Assembly: GCF_052425735.1 (NCBI RefSeq)
Contig: NC_135762.1
Span: 6,944,001 to 7,008,000, forward strand
Source: Oculina patagonica
Taxonomy: Eukaryota
Length of the DNA stretch: 64,000 nt
Direction of reading: 5' to 3'
Each line of letters opens with the position of its first letter. Positions within the stretch are counted from its first letter, which is position 1. The notes below the pieces were generated by a model. The model saw only the letters and a program-made list of their open reading frames with translations. It searched no databases and was not told the DNA's origin. Position numbers and translations under genes: made by a program. Shown piece after piece: positions 12,824-24,206 of the stretch.

Positions 12824-14054
12824 AGGGGTGCCCCCCCCCAAACTAACATTTGAGCCCCCTCCCCCACATTTCGGTGCCGAAACTGATCGCTAGTGCAACA
12901 TAGAATTGGTTGTCAAGACACAAATCGTTTTATCAGGATCTTGCTGCTTGGAAGGAGAATATGACGTAGAACTTTCAACGAAACTCCTTTCCCAAAAACG
13001 CTTCTCAGAAAGGTCCGTAAGCTGTTAAGATTGCATTTGTCAGGCATCAACGACTTCAGACAGGCCCGTAGGCTGGGGGGGGGGAGTTGGACGAACCCCC
13101 CCCCCCCCCACTGACTGAAAAGGTCCGGTCCGCGGAATGACACAGCATATTGTCCGCTTAAAAGAATTTTCACTGACTGTCAGTTTGTATTTATTTTCAA
13201 CAAAAATAGGAGAATAAACTAGTAAACCTTTCACCTGTTTTCCCCTCTTTTCGGTTTTCAGACTAAAACCAAAGGCTGAACGTGACACAAATGCATCTCA
13301 TATTAATTCCACTGATTTAATATATATTGCGGCCCGTTTAACAAATTTCAACATGTTCTGAGAATTCGGAAGGGTAGGCTTAAGCAAAACGCTTAAAATT
13401 TAATTCTAGTATGCAGACGTCTCATTTTTGAATCCATCAACATCTGCATGTTGTGGCAACTAAATGTGAGCATTGATGGGGAAAGTCGCTTGTCTAACCT
13501 TGCTCTTCTATGCACCCATTATGATACCCCTGTGCACCTTGACGCGAAAGTAGGTTGTTGAGCTCACTTACACCCCGGAGACAACAACCTCTGATACGCA
13601 ACGGTGGTAATGGCGTAGCCAGCCTATAGGCAAGTACTCTAGGGCATACAAATTTTTCAGCATCGTATTTTTTCAGTTCAGGCTGGAGCGTTTTTCAAGA
13701 TAAAATGAAACGCAACATTCACTGGCAACGGATCACATATCTCTACCCTTTCGCGATGAGATCAAGGCTGATCGTGCAAGTGAAAACTCTGGACCAATGC
13801 AAACATGTACAATGATATGTGACGTTAACGAAAAGCTCGTTTATGATAGGAATAAGTGAAAATACTAAGTGCAATCTTTTGTTGACTTTGTGTGCTGCCA
13901 AAGTACAAGTAAATCACCATAAAGTAAAAAAGAAGGCCTTTTTAAAGGTCTTTATCTAAAGAAAAATTCCCAATGGAAGCACACTCACTGCTGGATCCTA
14001 CGAAACGGTGGCGCTTACGGGCCAGTTGACCAGGTCTTCAGCTCTACGCCCCTG
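12824..14054 (+). mobile_element. Decayed hAT transposon remnant
   Basis: 13476-13585 translates (with an indel) as MG.SRLSNLALLCTHYDTPVHLD...HPRR-like, resembling the hAT C-terminal dimerisation motif. Ends are caggggtg.../ctacgcccctg. Confidence 0.45.
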
Positions 14055-14985
14055 ATAGCATTTCGTGTGCACTCGTAAAGTGAATAAAGAGAAAAAATTA
14101 CTAAGCAAATGTTCAGTTTACAACTGTTTGGTCCGCTTCAAGAGAAAACGAACCTACCCGGGCAAAAACAAGGCCATGGGCTTGTCAGAGCGTACATTTT
14201 CTGCCCTCTGACGTCTAAAGAACAATCCCAAAAACACCATGAAGCAGAATCGTCAGAACTGCCTAGTTATGCATTGTCGATTACGGACATACCGGATACA
14301 GTTAAAGCAGGGGAATTTGTGAAGGAGGAAGCGCCCGTTCGCGGGGTATTTGCTTGTTTGGAATACAATATGTCCCCCCCCCCCCAGTCCACGTTTCAAA
14401 ACGCTCCGACGCCTTTGCTCCCACAGCTATGACAAATATCAAGCAGGCGCTCTGTCCGGTGATGAGCTTCGCTCTCTCAAATTTGGCGCGAAATTTTTAT
14501 GACGTCAGTGAGGCATACTACAGGCCTAAACATAGGATCAATTCTGTGACATAAAACACGATGACTTTCTAAAAATAATAAAGAGCATGATACTTCTAAG
14601 ATTCGAATGTGCGACCTTGATTTCGCATGAAAGGGTCATGAATAGCCAAACGTTGCACGTTTTTTCAAAAACGCAACCTCTGACCTTCAATATTTCTGCG
14701 AAAAATGGACAGGCGTTGAGGCCGAAATCTTCATTCAAGAACGTAAGAATTTTTTTGACCTGCATCTGAAAATCCATTTCGTTTGATCACTATCCTAAAA
14801 GCTACAAACATTCTTGTTGGCTTTAGATGGCGACTCGTAGCCGAAAAGAACCTTCCGTCAGACCTCAGTGCACGAAATCCGTGCAGGAACGTGCGTGAGG
14901 ATAATAATCTCACGTGACTATAATAACCGCACGTTCGTGACACGTTCGCACGTGCGCGCTGCAATGCTGGCGTGGTTCCATAGTT

Positions 14986-15010
14986 TTCCAGGAAAGTTTG
15001 CGTCAATGAA
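14986..15010 (+). promoter_or_regulatory. STAT GAS-like site (TTCCAGGAA) next to bZIP-like TTGCGTCAA, about 100 bp upstream of copy B ATG
   Basis: Both motifs are retained upstream of copy C (42610-42639). Motif match only. Confidence 0.35.
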
Positions 15011-15096
15011 GTTTTCTGTGAAATCGTGGAAGTTTGGTACTTTATATTTGTGTGTTCGAAGAAAGCGTGGTCAGTTGCAGGAGAAAGAGAATCACG

Positions 15097-18000
15097 ATGG
15101 GTGTACGGTATTTATATACGTTCATTCCTGTTATTTGCATTTTAGCGACTGCTCCATTGCTGTGTGCGGGGCAGACGTGGAAAAGAAAGATTGTGGTTTC
15201 TCAACGAGATGGAATCGACAACAAAACTTGTTGGAGTGGAACAGAGACGGTAATTCCTTGCAGAACATTAGACTACGCTCTGGCACATGTGACTAATTCG
15301 ACTCTTGTGCAGTTATTGCCTGATCAGTCGCCGTACAATCTAACCAGACATTTCAACTTTACAAATTTGCACGGCTTTGAATTGGCTGGAGATCAAAACT
15401 CAATTGCCCCCATCAGTTGCCAGAGAAATCAAGGAAGTCTGTCGTTTGAAAACAGCAGAGATATCACACTTAGCAAAATCTTGCTTCGTGGCTGTGGTGG
15501 CTTGCATGCAAGCACCACTGGCAATGAATTTCGGTATCCACACATACAATTTCTGTCTGCTGTCTTTTTTGTGTACTGCAAGAACATTGTTATAGATAAC
15601 TGCTGGATTGTTGAAAGTCCAGGAGTTGGGCTGAACATGTACGACATAGGTGGTGTTGTGCAGATTTCGAACTCCTGGTTTGAAAGCAATCGGGCGATTA
15701 CTTCAAATTCTTCTGAGAAAAACATTGCAATTGCCGGAGGTGGTGTTTACATGGAGTTGACCTACCAGGGTGGAGCATACCCATTTGATCTGAATTCAAC
15801 AGAGTTAGCTGAATTTGACAGCAACAGCAGTTACACTTTCTACAACTGCCGATTCAGAAACAACTATGCTCCCAGACAGCAGTACGAAACAATTGTGAAC
15901 AAACCCACTGGCGATGACCACATTCCGTTTGGAAGAGGAGGAGGGTTGTCAATATTTCTAAAAGGAAAAGCACAAAATAATGGCATTTATGTCACTGGAT
16001 GTCGGTTTGAAGATAATTATGCTGTTTGGGGTGGAGGAATTTTCATTGAACTTCATGATGAAGTGCAAAACAACACGTTTGAGGTGACTAACTGCACATT
16101 CAAAAATAACAGTGCATATTATGCTGGAGGGGCAATCAGAAGTGGAACGACTGCCGATAGTGTTCGCCAGTGGTTACTTCCTAACAAAATGAGATATGAC
16201 GATTGCAGATTTGAACACAACAATGCCATCTGGGGTGGAGGAGTATCATATTACGAAACATGGAGCTCTTCTCTAAAGGGTGATGAGGACAAGCTACATA
16301 TAGAATACAAGAACTGTCACTGGGAGAACAATGCGGCAACGTCAGGCTCTGCAATAGGAGTGGCTACCCAACCAGTCATAAATGGCCTCCAAGACTTTTC
16401 TGCAAAAGGACTGAAACTGTATATAATTGTTCTTGAAGACTGTAGTTTTTTTAACAACTCCATAATATTGACAGAAGATAGACAGGTTATTGGCCAAGGA
16501 GCAATCTATTCTTACTCACTCCCTGTCATTTTTAAAGGAGTTGTAAACATTGAATATAGTAACAATACTGCCATGGTGATTGAGAATGCAGCAGTACACA
16601 TATCTGGTGATGTGACCTTCAGAAATAACACTGGAAGTCAGGGGGGTGCATTAGGATTGTATGGCACATCAGTAATAATGCTTATGCCGCACAGTAGCCT
16701 TAACTTCTTTAATAACACTGCTGATCAACAGGGTGGAGCTATTTACATGAGGGATTCTGGACCAGCTGTTATAGCATTTAATACAACAGAGCTCAGAACA
16801 CGACAATGTTTTCTGGCTTACAACAACAGCTACAGTCTGGAGAATGTCACTGAATGGCAGACCAAAATAGTTTTTAAGGGAAATCAGGTGCTTGCGAATG
16901 GTGGTGGAGACTCAGTATTTGCCTCAACTCTTCAGGGATGCCGTCAAAATGGACAGCCCCGCATAAACAACCAATCACTTGAGTGGCCTAATGTTATTCA
17001 GTATCAAGATTCCAACAAGAGCACTAAAGAACAGATTTCTACTGATCCTATCTTAATTAAATGGAATGAGAAGGAGTGGATAGTTTCTCCCAGTGAAGTC
17101 TTTGACGCAACTATTCAGTTGATTGATGAGAAGAACAGTTCTGTTTTAGGAGTCGTCATAGTGTCCATCATTGATGAACATGACCAAAATACAGCTGGCA
17201 GTGTCAGACTGGGTACAGCTTCTCATTTATTTCTGGTGCAAGGGGATTCTTCCAAAATCAACAACTTGTATCTTGTAGGAAATGCTGGAAGGTCTTTTAA
17301 AGTTCAGATCAGCACAGTTGTAGGCCGTGTTGTACGCAGCTCTTCCAAAGGGGCATTAACCTTGCAGCGCTGCTATACCGGTTTTGAGCAAAGAGATGGC
17401 AAGACATGCTCTTGTATCTCTAGTGCTGTAGAATTTGGTATTTCAAACTGCAGTGCAGACTCTAAGCACGTGTTCTTGAAGCGAGGATACTGGGGTGGAA
17501 TGAAGGGACATAAATTTAGCACCTACCCTTGTCCATGGCACTACTGCAATTTCCCTGAGCATGATTCAACCTTCCAATACAATTCTGAAACAATGTGTAT
17601 TGACGGCCGTGATGGTACAAGTGTATTGTGCGGGAAATGTAAAGAAGGTTACTCGGTGAACCTAGGCAATGAACACTGTACACAATCTTGTACAAATGAT
17701 TACTTGGGGCTTGTCGTGGCGTTTGGTTTGTTAACACCTCTCCTGGTGTTGTTAGTTTTTCGGATCAAGTTGGACATTTTCACAACTTATTTAAACACCT
17801 GGCTTTACTCATATCAGACAATTTTGTTTCTCCTACAAGAAGGACAGTACCTCGATCCATTTATCTCTTTTGTGATTGATGTCGCCAACTGGAAACTCAG
17901 TGGTTTTGGAACTTGTCTCTACAGAGGAATGACCAATCTACAGAAACTTGGAGTAAATTACACTTTTCCCTTATATATTCTTCTCATCCTTATGGTTTTG

Positions 18001-18801
18001 GCCAAAATTGCAAGGCGCCGTCCGGCTTGTTACATTAACAGGAATGTTGAGCATGCTTTTTGCACACTGTTGGTTATCTGTTACACAAATGTTACAATAA
18101 TCTCTTTCAGCATCGTCCATTATGTGCCTATACAAGGAAGATGGGTGCTTTATGCAGATGGGAACATTGACTTTGTAAAAGACTTGAAAATGCACTTGCC
18201 GTTTACCATCATTGCCTGTCTTTGGATTGTTCTTTTTGTCATTTTTGTTCCACTGGTGCTTCTTTTTACACCGTGGTTCTTGAGGCACTTCCATTATCTG
18301 AACAATTTTAGACTGTACTTTGACACTTTCGAGCAATGCTTTAAAGTCAAGTACAGGTGGTTTGCAGCATATTACTTCATTTGCCGCATCTTCATCTTGT
18401 TAATTGCCCTGTATTTTCCGTATGGGCCCCTGAAGAGAACCATTCTAGATGTGTCCAGTGTACTGATTGTGGTGATGTGCCTTTACCTCCAGCCTTACAA
18501 CGAACAGTACCAGTGGTTTAACAGGCTCGATGCAGTGCTTCTCACAAATTTGTGTTTGATTGTAAACTTCAGCTCAGGCATTGTAAGTGAAGCAGCATCA
18601 TCCACTCGCGATGCTCTAGAAATGACTGTAAATCTCCTGGCATATGTGCCTCTGGGTTATCTGATTGTTCTTGTTCTGTACCATGGTTGGAGATACTGCT
18701 GTCCAAGGAACTTTCTTGAAGACTATCGGTACATTGTATCAGAACAAAGGCCTAGGTCTAGCTCCATATCTGACACTGCTGGGCCACCCTCTCCAATTTA
18801 A
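15097..18801 (+). CDS. Copy B: intact intronless 1234-aa membrane protein (signal peptide, Pmp-like/pectin-lyase-fold beta-helix repeats, Cys-rich stalk, ~9 TM)
   Basis: Uninterrupted ORF; ATG 15097 aligns with the ATGs of copies A and C. Hydrophobic N-terminus; repeats FEDNYAVWGGGI, FKNNSAYYAGGAI, FEHNNAIWGGGV, FRNNTGSQGGAL, FFNNTADQQGGAI; stalk GYWGG..CP.HYC..C.DGRDG..LCG.C..GYS; hydrophobic C-terminal region with LQPY.....FNRLD. Confidence 0.93.
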   Translation: MGVRYLYTFIPVICILATAPLLCAGQTWKRKIVVSQRDGIDNKTCWSGTETVIPCRTLDYALAHVTNSTLVQLLPDQSPYNLTRHFNFTNLHGFELAGDQNSIAPISCQRNQGSLSFENSRDITLSKILLRGCGGLHASTTGNEFRYPHIQFLSAVFFVYCKNIVIDNCWIVESPGVGLNMYDIGGVVQISNSWFESNRAITSNSSEKNIAIAGGGVYMELTYQGGAYPFDLNSTELAEFDSNSSYTFYNCRFRNNYAPRQQYETIVNKPTGDDHIPFGRGGGLSIFLKGKAQNNGIYVTGCRFEDNYAVWGGGIFIELHDEVQNNTFEVTNCTFKNNSAYYAGGAIRSGTTADSVRQWLLPNKMRYDDCRFEHNNAIWGGGVSYYETWSSSLKGDEDKLHIEYKNCHWENNAATSGSAIGVATQPVINGLQDFSAKGLKLYIIVLEDCSFFNNSIILTEDRQVIGQGAIYSYSLPVIFKGVVNIEYSNNTAMVIENAAVHISGDVTFRNNTGSQGGALGLYGTSVIMLMPHSSLNFFNNTADQQGGAIYMRDSGPAVIAFNTTELRTRQCFLAYNNSYSLENVTEWQTKIVFKGNQVLANGGGDSVFASTLQGCRQNGQPRINNQSLEWPNVIQYQDSNKSTKEQISTDPILIKWNEKEWIVSPSEVFDATIQLIDEKNSSVLGVVIVSIIDEHDQNTAGSVRLGTASHLFLVQGDSSKINNLYLVGNAGRSFKVQISTVVGRVVRSSSKGALTLQRCYTGFEQRDGKTCSCISSAVEFGISNCSADSKHVFLKRGYWGGMKGHKFSTYPCPWHYCNFPEHDSTFQYNSETMCIDGRDGTSVLCGKCKEGYSVNLGNEHCTQSCTNDYLGLVVAFGLLTPLLVLLVFRIKLDIFTTYLNTWLYSYQTILFLLQEGQYLDPFISFVIDVANWKLSGFGTCLYRGMTNLQKLGVNYTFPLYILLILMVLAKIARRRPACYINRNVEHAFCTLLVICYTNVTIISFSIVHYVPIQGRWVLYADGNIDFVKDLKMHLPFTIIACLWIVLFVIFVPLVLLFTPWFLRHFHYLNNFRLYFDTFEQCFKVKYRWFAAYYFICRIFILLIALYFPYGPLKRTILDVSSVLIVVMCLYLQPYNEQYQWFNRLDAVLLTNLCLIVNFSSGIVSEAASSTRDALEMTVNLLAYVPLGYLIVLVLYHGWRYCCPRNFLEDYRYIVSEQRPRSSSISDTAGPPSPI

Positions 18802-19841
18802 TTTCATAATCAAGGTCTTGTTTAAATGCTCCTGCACTTATGTGCTGTAGCTAAGGTAGGGCCCGGAGGGGTAGGCTTGATTACCAGCTGCTGCAAGTTC
18901 AGGGAATGAGTCCGCTCTCCTCCCTGAAACTGAGGAGGAACAAAGACCACACAAGAGAGCAGTGAAAATTGAGCCTACCGGGTGAGGGGTGGGTATTTAA
19001 AGAATTTGTGTGGGGTGTGCTTCCTTAAACTGTTACTTTATTTCAGACTGAAATTCATGTTTTTTTGCTTACCCTACGTTTGAGCTGACCTTGCCTAGGA
19101 ACTGCCTTGGTTTAGATTAGAAGTGGAAAGGGACTTTAAATCCTTTTGTTATTAAATTGCATTTCCCGAGAGTTGAAGAACGAAAAATATTTTCTTCCAT
19201 GAGTGACACCAAATTGCTTACCAGAATGGACAAACCATACCCTATTTTAGACCAAATGGGCCTTTGGTGCCACATATATTTATAAGGGAGTACCTTCCTC
19301 ATCCTGGGAGGTAGGGTCGTTGTGCTTGCGCTTGTAGGGGTCATGAATGGTCCATTGCAGTGTTTGGAAAATTAGGCTTCTGCTCAGAATGCTCGCAAAA
19401 TTTTAATGGGTGCTTGTTTGCTTGTTGTTGCATAATTTTACAAAGCTTGTTCAAAAGGGCTTTTTGCTTGCAAGGCTAACTTTTGTCAACGCTTGTGCTC
19501 CCAAAGAAGAAGGCTTGTTTTGCATGCTTGCAAAGACCATGTGATACCCCTGCTTGTGCTTATGCTTGCATCAAGGGTGTTTTTATGGTGAAATAAGAGC
19601 TGATATGCTTACATCAGTGTGCTTGTGTTTGAGCTTGTGTCACTGGTGGAATCTAGGCTTTAGTCTGCTTCATGTCACAAGTTCACTTTGAGTCTAGCAT
19701 TGTGTAAGGCTGCCTTAACAAATTAACCTTCATATAACTGAGGAATTAGTTTATAGTACATGTAACACTTGAAGCTACTAAAATGTAATAATAATAATTA
19801 GGCCTAGAACATGAGAGGTGCAACATTTTGAACGAGCTTAA

Positions 19842-20118
19842 GGAGGCGCGGCGGCCTAATGGTTAGTGCGCTCGGCTCCGAGTTGAACAGCCCGGGCTCG
19901 AGACCTGGCTGGGGCGATGCGTTGTGTTTTTACTCTCACGGTGCCTCTCTCCACCCAGGTGTGTAAATGGGTACAGGTGAACTTACTGCCGGTAACCCTG
20001 CGATGCACTAACATCCCATCCAGGGGGGAGTAGCAATACTCCTAGTCGCTTAATGATATGGAAACCGGGATAAGCTCTGGCTGTATGGGCCACTAAGGCT
20101 TGGACACAGACTTTACCT
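19842..20118 (+). mobile_element. tRNA-derived SINE, near full length
   Basis: Pol III A-box-like ggcctaatgg and B-box-like ggctcgagac in the head, conserved body, tail cagactttacct. Related copies lie at 6295, 20140 and ~50190-50380 (-). Confidence 0.8.
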
Positions 20119-22811
20119 AAGGAAAATAGGGAAATAGCCTTGCCCAATGATTAGCCTGCTGGAGTCTGGACTGAGCAGGTTATGATGGGGTCATTTCTTT
20201 GTGACTTTGGGCAAGACGCCTTACAAACTGTACTTTCATGTGCCTCTCTCCACCCAGGTGTATAAGTGGGTACCAGAAAATTTGTTGCTGGGAGAAACCA
20301 TAGGATGGACTAGCGTCCTACCTAGGGGGAGTAGAAATACTCCTACTTGCTTCTTGCTAATATGGCCTGATGGGTCACTTGGCTTGAATTCAGTTAGCCT
20401 TAGACCCGTCTGCTAAGCATTAGCTTTTAAACACCAACAAAACAGTAAGCAACTAGCAGTCACAACAGCTGTTAAGCTAAGCCTCTGCTTATAGGCAGGT
20501 TCTTATGAAAAAATAATAAATAAATAAATAAATAAACTGGAGAAATAGCATTAAGCTAAACTTGCTACATCAATTAAATCATGAAATCGATTTTTTCACT
20601 TGTCAAAGAGCCAAGCCAAAAATAGCATTTCTTGCATGAACTACGGCAAATCTTTTCTTGAATTTGATCGAATTTCACATATTTTCTTAAAAGTGGTTAA
20701 CTGAATATATTCTAATAGTTCAAATTTGCAAGAAATCTAAACCTAAACCTCAATTTTTTTTCACTAAAATAAAAGTATTTTGTGCTAAATCTGTGATAAT
20801 ATGTTTGGATTTTATTTAATCACTTATTTTTTATGCCATGTCAAACTCATACTTGATATGTTGCTGAGCACAGGTAAAACTCAGTTGTGGAACACCTTCA
20901 TAAGGGCCATGCACAACAAATTAGATTTATTGGATGTTCATTGTTTTTCGCTGGTAAAGAATAAAATTCATAATAAATATTTTTAGCTTTTATAAATTCC
21001 ATGTCATTTTGAATGGACATGAAAATCTATTTTATAAGGTATTTTTAATGCACTATTTATATGTAATATTATGTAAGTCTAAAATCTAGGAGCATAAATT
21101 AAAGTAAACATGCAATGTACATATTAGGTATATATTGTAACCAATAGACTTTGAAGGGTGTTGTTTTGTGTCCGTAATAGCGAGAATCCGTAATAGCAGG
21201 AGCTATTTCCAGTCAAACCTCTTTTGCCGGGGATCTGGATTTTGTCCGTAATAGCGTGTGTCCGCAAGGCGAGGGTTGACTGTAGGGGCTCGTCAAAAAT
21301 AAGCATAAGGCATGGTAGGATATCAAAAGGTCATCACATAGCTTAGTGACAAGTAATGGAATCATGTTAAGACAGTAATGAGGATATGTGTTTGAATGTT
21401 TATATCAGTTGCCACTTCTGATTTTGGACTCTTATCTGTCATAATTTAGGTTATTGAAAACAAGGCCATGACCGCTTAATAGAGGTAAAAACAATGGACA
21501 AATCCTCATTGGAATGTCCAATAGGTGGTCGTAGCTGCTTCATAGAGGTGCTGCTAAATAAGGGTTTTATTAACAGTATGATACCGGCAATACTTTTGGG
21601 ACTGGCTGCCTAATAGGGGGTAGCCACTGGGCTTTTACTGTACTGATAGGAATGCAGTAGAACCCTGTTACAGTGCGACATGCCTTACTGTGGCCACCAA
21701 CAAATTTTTTTATAAGTGTGCTTTCGCAATATTATTATTTGTTTGACGAACACGCCTCCTTGCAAAGTTGAATACGATCAAATGGATACTTGTTTCATTT
21801 TATTTATCAACAAAACGCAGTGAAAACGTAAAATATTACAAGATGACACTTGTAAAATAGTTTGTTGGGGGGCCCCGGTAAGGCGCGTCGCACTGTAAAC
21901 TGGTCACCTACAGGCCACAATCATCTTGCCGTAAATTAACAGGCTGCTACTGTGGCTGTATTAAAGCGGCTGTTTAAAAGATTAATGGCCAAGCTTTTTT
22001 CAAGAGTACTTACTGTAATCAAATTATCAACTTAATAATAATTATTTTGCTGGTGTAGAATCCCTAAAGCTCAACATGGATAATTACCTTTTTTGATTGA
22101 CAGGCATTTCAATTTGATAGTTTTTGAGAATTTGTGTGTATATCAAGACGTAGGCTTCTGCTTTGCAAATGTGCATTGATGTCGCCTTCTCAGACTCATT
22201 AATAATTCGTCAAGTTAAAAATCATAACCGTGACGGTGGTTTGGATACCTGATCGACCTGGATTTTATTTCTCTGTTTTACCCTGTAGTTATTGTTTCGA
22301 TTGAGAAAGATATATCAAACACTCAAGACAGTATTTCATCAGCTATCCAAACACCTTGAATTTTGTCTCTTCTCGGTGTTTGGATATCCCGATGAAACAC
22401 TGCCTCTTGTGTTTGATATATTACATACAATACTGAGTGTTGAGGGATTATTTAAGGGGTTGTAGAAGAGTGGAGGGGAACAGGAGGATGGGAGCTCAGG
22501 CGAAAAGGGGGTAGAGACAGCTAGAAAAAGAGAGGTCAGAAAGCGGGATTTCCAAGGTGGTGAAAACCAGGAGAAATAGAATTTTTTTTTCCAACGTTTC
22601 ATTATATTTTGCCAAAGAAATGGGACAGAGGAGGAAACAGGAGGGAACCACCACAGTGGGGCGCGAAGCAGGAGTAAAGGGTATGGGAGGTGGAAGGTTC
22701 AGAGCCCCCCCCCCCTGTCCCCCTCCACTGAAGTGGTAAGGGGAAATAACCTTTTCAGCTGGGAACTGCATTGCTTAATAGATTGTGCTGTTTTATTGTG
22801 CTTTTTTATGA

Positions 22812-22817
22812 AATAAA
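22812..22817 (+). promoter_or_regulatory. Candidate poly(A) signal of copy B
   Basis: AATAAA plus GT-rich downstream element, homologous to 8428 and 24201. Confidence 0.4.
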
Positions 22818-24200
22818 AGTCCTTGCTGGTTTTGTAATGTGTACATGTTGTTAATTCCTTGACTGTTTTTATTAACAATTGGACTATCAGTGCCGGGTTT
22901 TTATTGACTGATAGTCCGTGAGGGTGAAAGCCCTTTGCCTATACTTTCAAAGTTAATTTAATATTATGCATGAAAAAGCATGCATGCCATGTGGCCAAAT
23001 TGTGATTATCTGGGGCTCTATTAAGGGCCCCCCCCCCCCCCCCCCCCCATTATCAAAATAAGCCCCTTCTCCACATTACTAAGCAGTTCAGACAATCCAG
23101 TGTCTTGGTGCTTTTGGAAGAAATCTTTAGTCATCGTCGTGGGGGTGGGGGGGGGGGGTTATAAAATGTACGCTCTACCACAGGCAATGTCAAACACAAA
23201 TCTTCACATATTGTGAAGAAGGAGTGTTGTTGAAAGTCATACACTGTCAAGAATGATCATGACTGGAGGAAACAATGTGTGCAAAGATTATGAGACTTAA
23301 AATATCTATTTTATGCTATGCGATACTTTCGGCTATGCCCCAAATTTTTGTTTTGGGGGACTACAGCCCCCCTGCCCCCTCTGCCCTGCTGCCTTTGTAG
23401 GGTACTATGTACCCTAACTGATTTATGATTTGAAATGAACCCCCCCCCCCTCTCCAATAAGCCTCTTTATAAAGCCAAGGACCGTGGAGCATTTTCTTAT
23501 TAGGGGGGCTGACTAGTGACTTGAAGTGGGGGCTTTAAGGACACTTCTTTTAGAAAGTCTTTTTTTTTGGAAATATTGGGGGGGGGGACTAACCCCCCAG
23601 GCTCCCCTAGCCTGCTCCGTGGTCCCTGAAAGCCACTGATCAAACGGACTCAAAGAAATAAGCCCCCCCCCCCCCAAGGGGCTTAATAAAGTGCTTGGAT
23701 TTCCATTTAATAATCACTGATATCGAGACAGTCCTTTTGAAAAGTCTGGGATCAGGTAGGGATTTTTGGTGTCCAGTCTAACATAGGGTTGCAAAATCAG
23801 CTGAACATGGTCTGGTATAGGGTAGGGCTTTTAGAGTTTCAGCAGTACACCCCAACCCTAAAATTTACAAAGTACCCCCTCCTAGGGGCAGATCCACATG
23901 TGTACAGTGACTGAGGCTCGAGACCTCAGCACTGACTATGACAGCCAATAAAACACAGGGTCCTATTGTGGCGGATCCAGACCTTTAGGTAAGTGGGGGG
24001 CCCCATCATCCAGACTCTGGAAATAGAGGGAACCTGCTCCCAAAAATAATTTTTCTCAGCCCTTTAAGCCTCAAGGCTCTGGCCCCTTTCGGCCAAGGCC
24101 ATGTGGGCCCCTTCCCTAGATCTCCCACTGTACATGTATTGTTAGCTATAAAAACATTCATGAAAATAACAACATGCACATAACAAAACCAACATGGACT

Positions 24201-24206
24201 TTTATT
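24201..24206 (-). promoter_or_regulatory. Candidate poly(A) signal of copy C
   Basis: Minus strand reads gaAATAAAagtccatgttggttttgtt, homologous to copies A and B. Confidence 0.4.

Noticed and set aside
14482-14493. E2F site TTTGGCGCGAAA (also 44339-44350)
   Set aside because: The same word occurs inside a MITE at ~33719, so it is not reliable evidence of cell-cycle regulation.
15034-15096. N-terminal extension of copy B in the ORF track (and 42521-42577 for copy C)
   Set aside because: Non-ATG starts. The ATG shared by all three copies is directly followed by the signal peptide.
15097-18801. Bacterial (Chlamydia Pmp) contamination or recent horizontal transfer
   Set aside because: No autotransporter beta-barrel. 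The protein has a eukaryotic Cys-rich stalk, helical TMs and many N-glycosylation sequons, and is embedded among animal SINEs and MITEs.
19842-19920. tRNA gene
   Set aside because: This is the tRNA-derived head of a SINE, continuing into the SINE body. No complete cloverleaf is evident.
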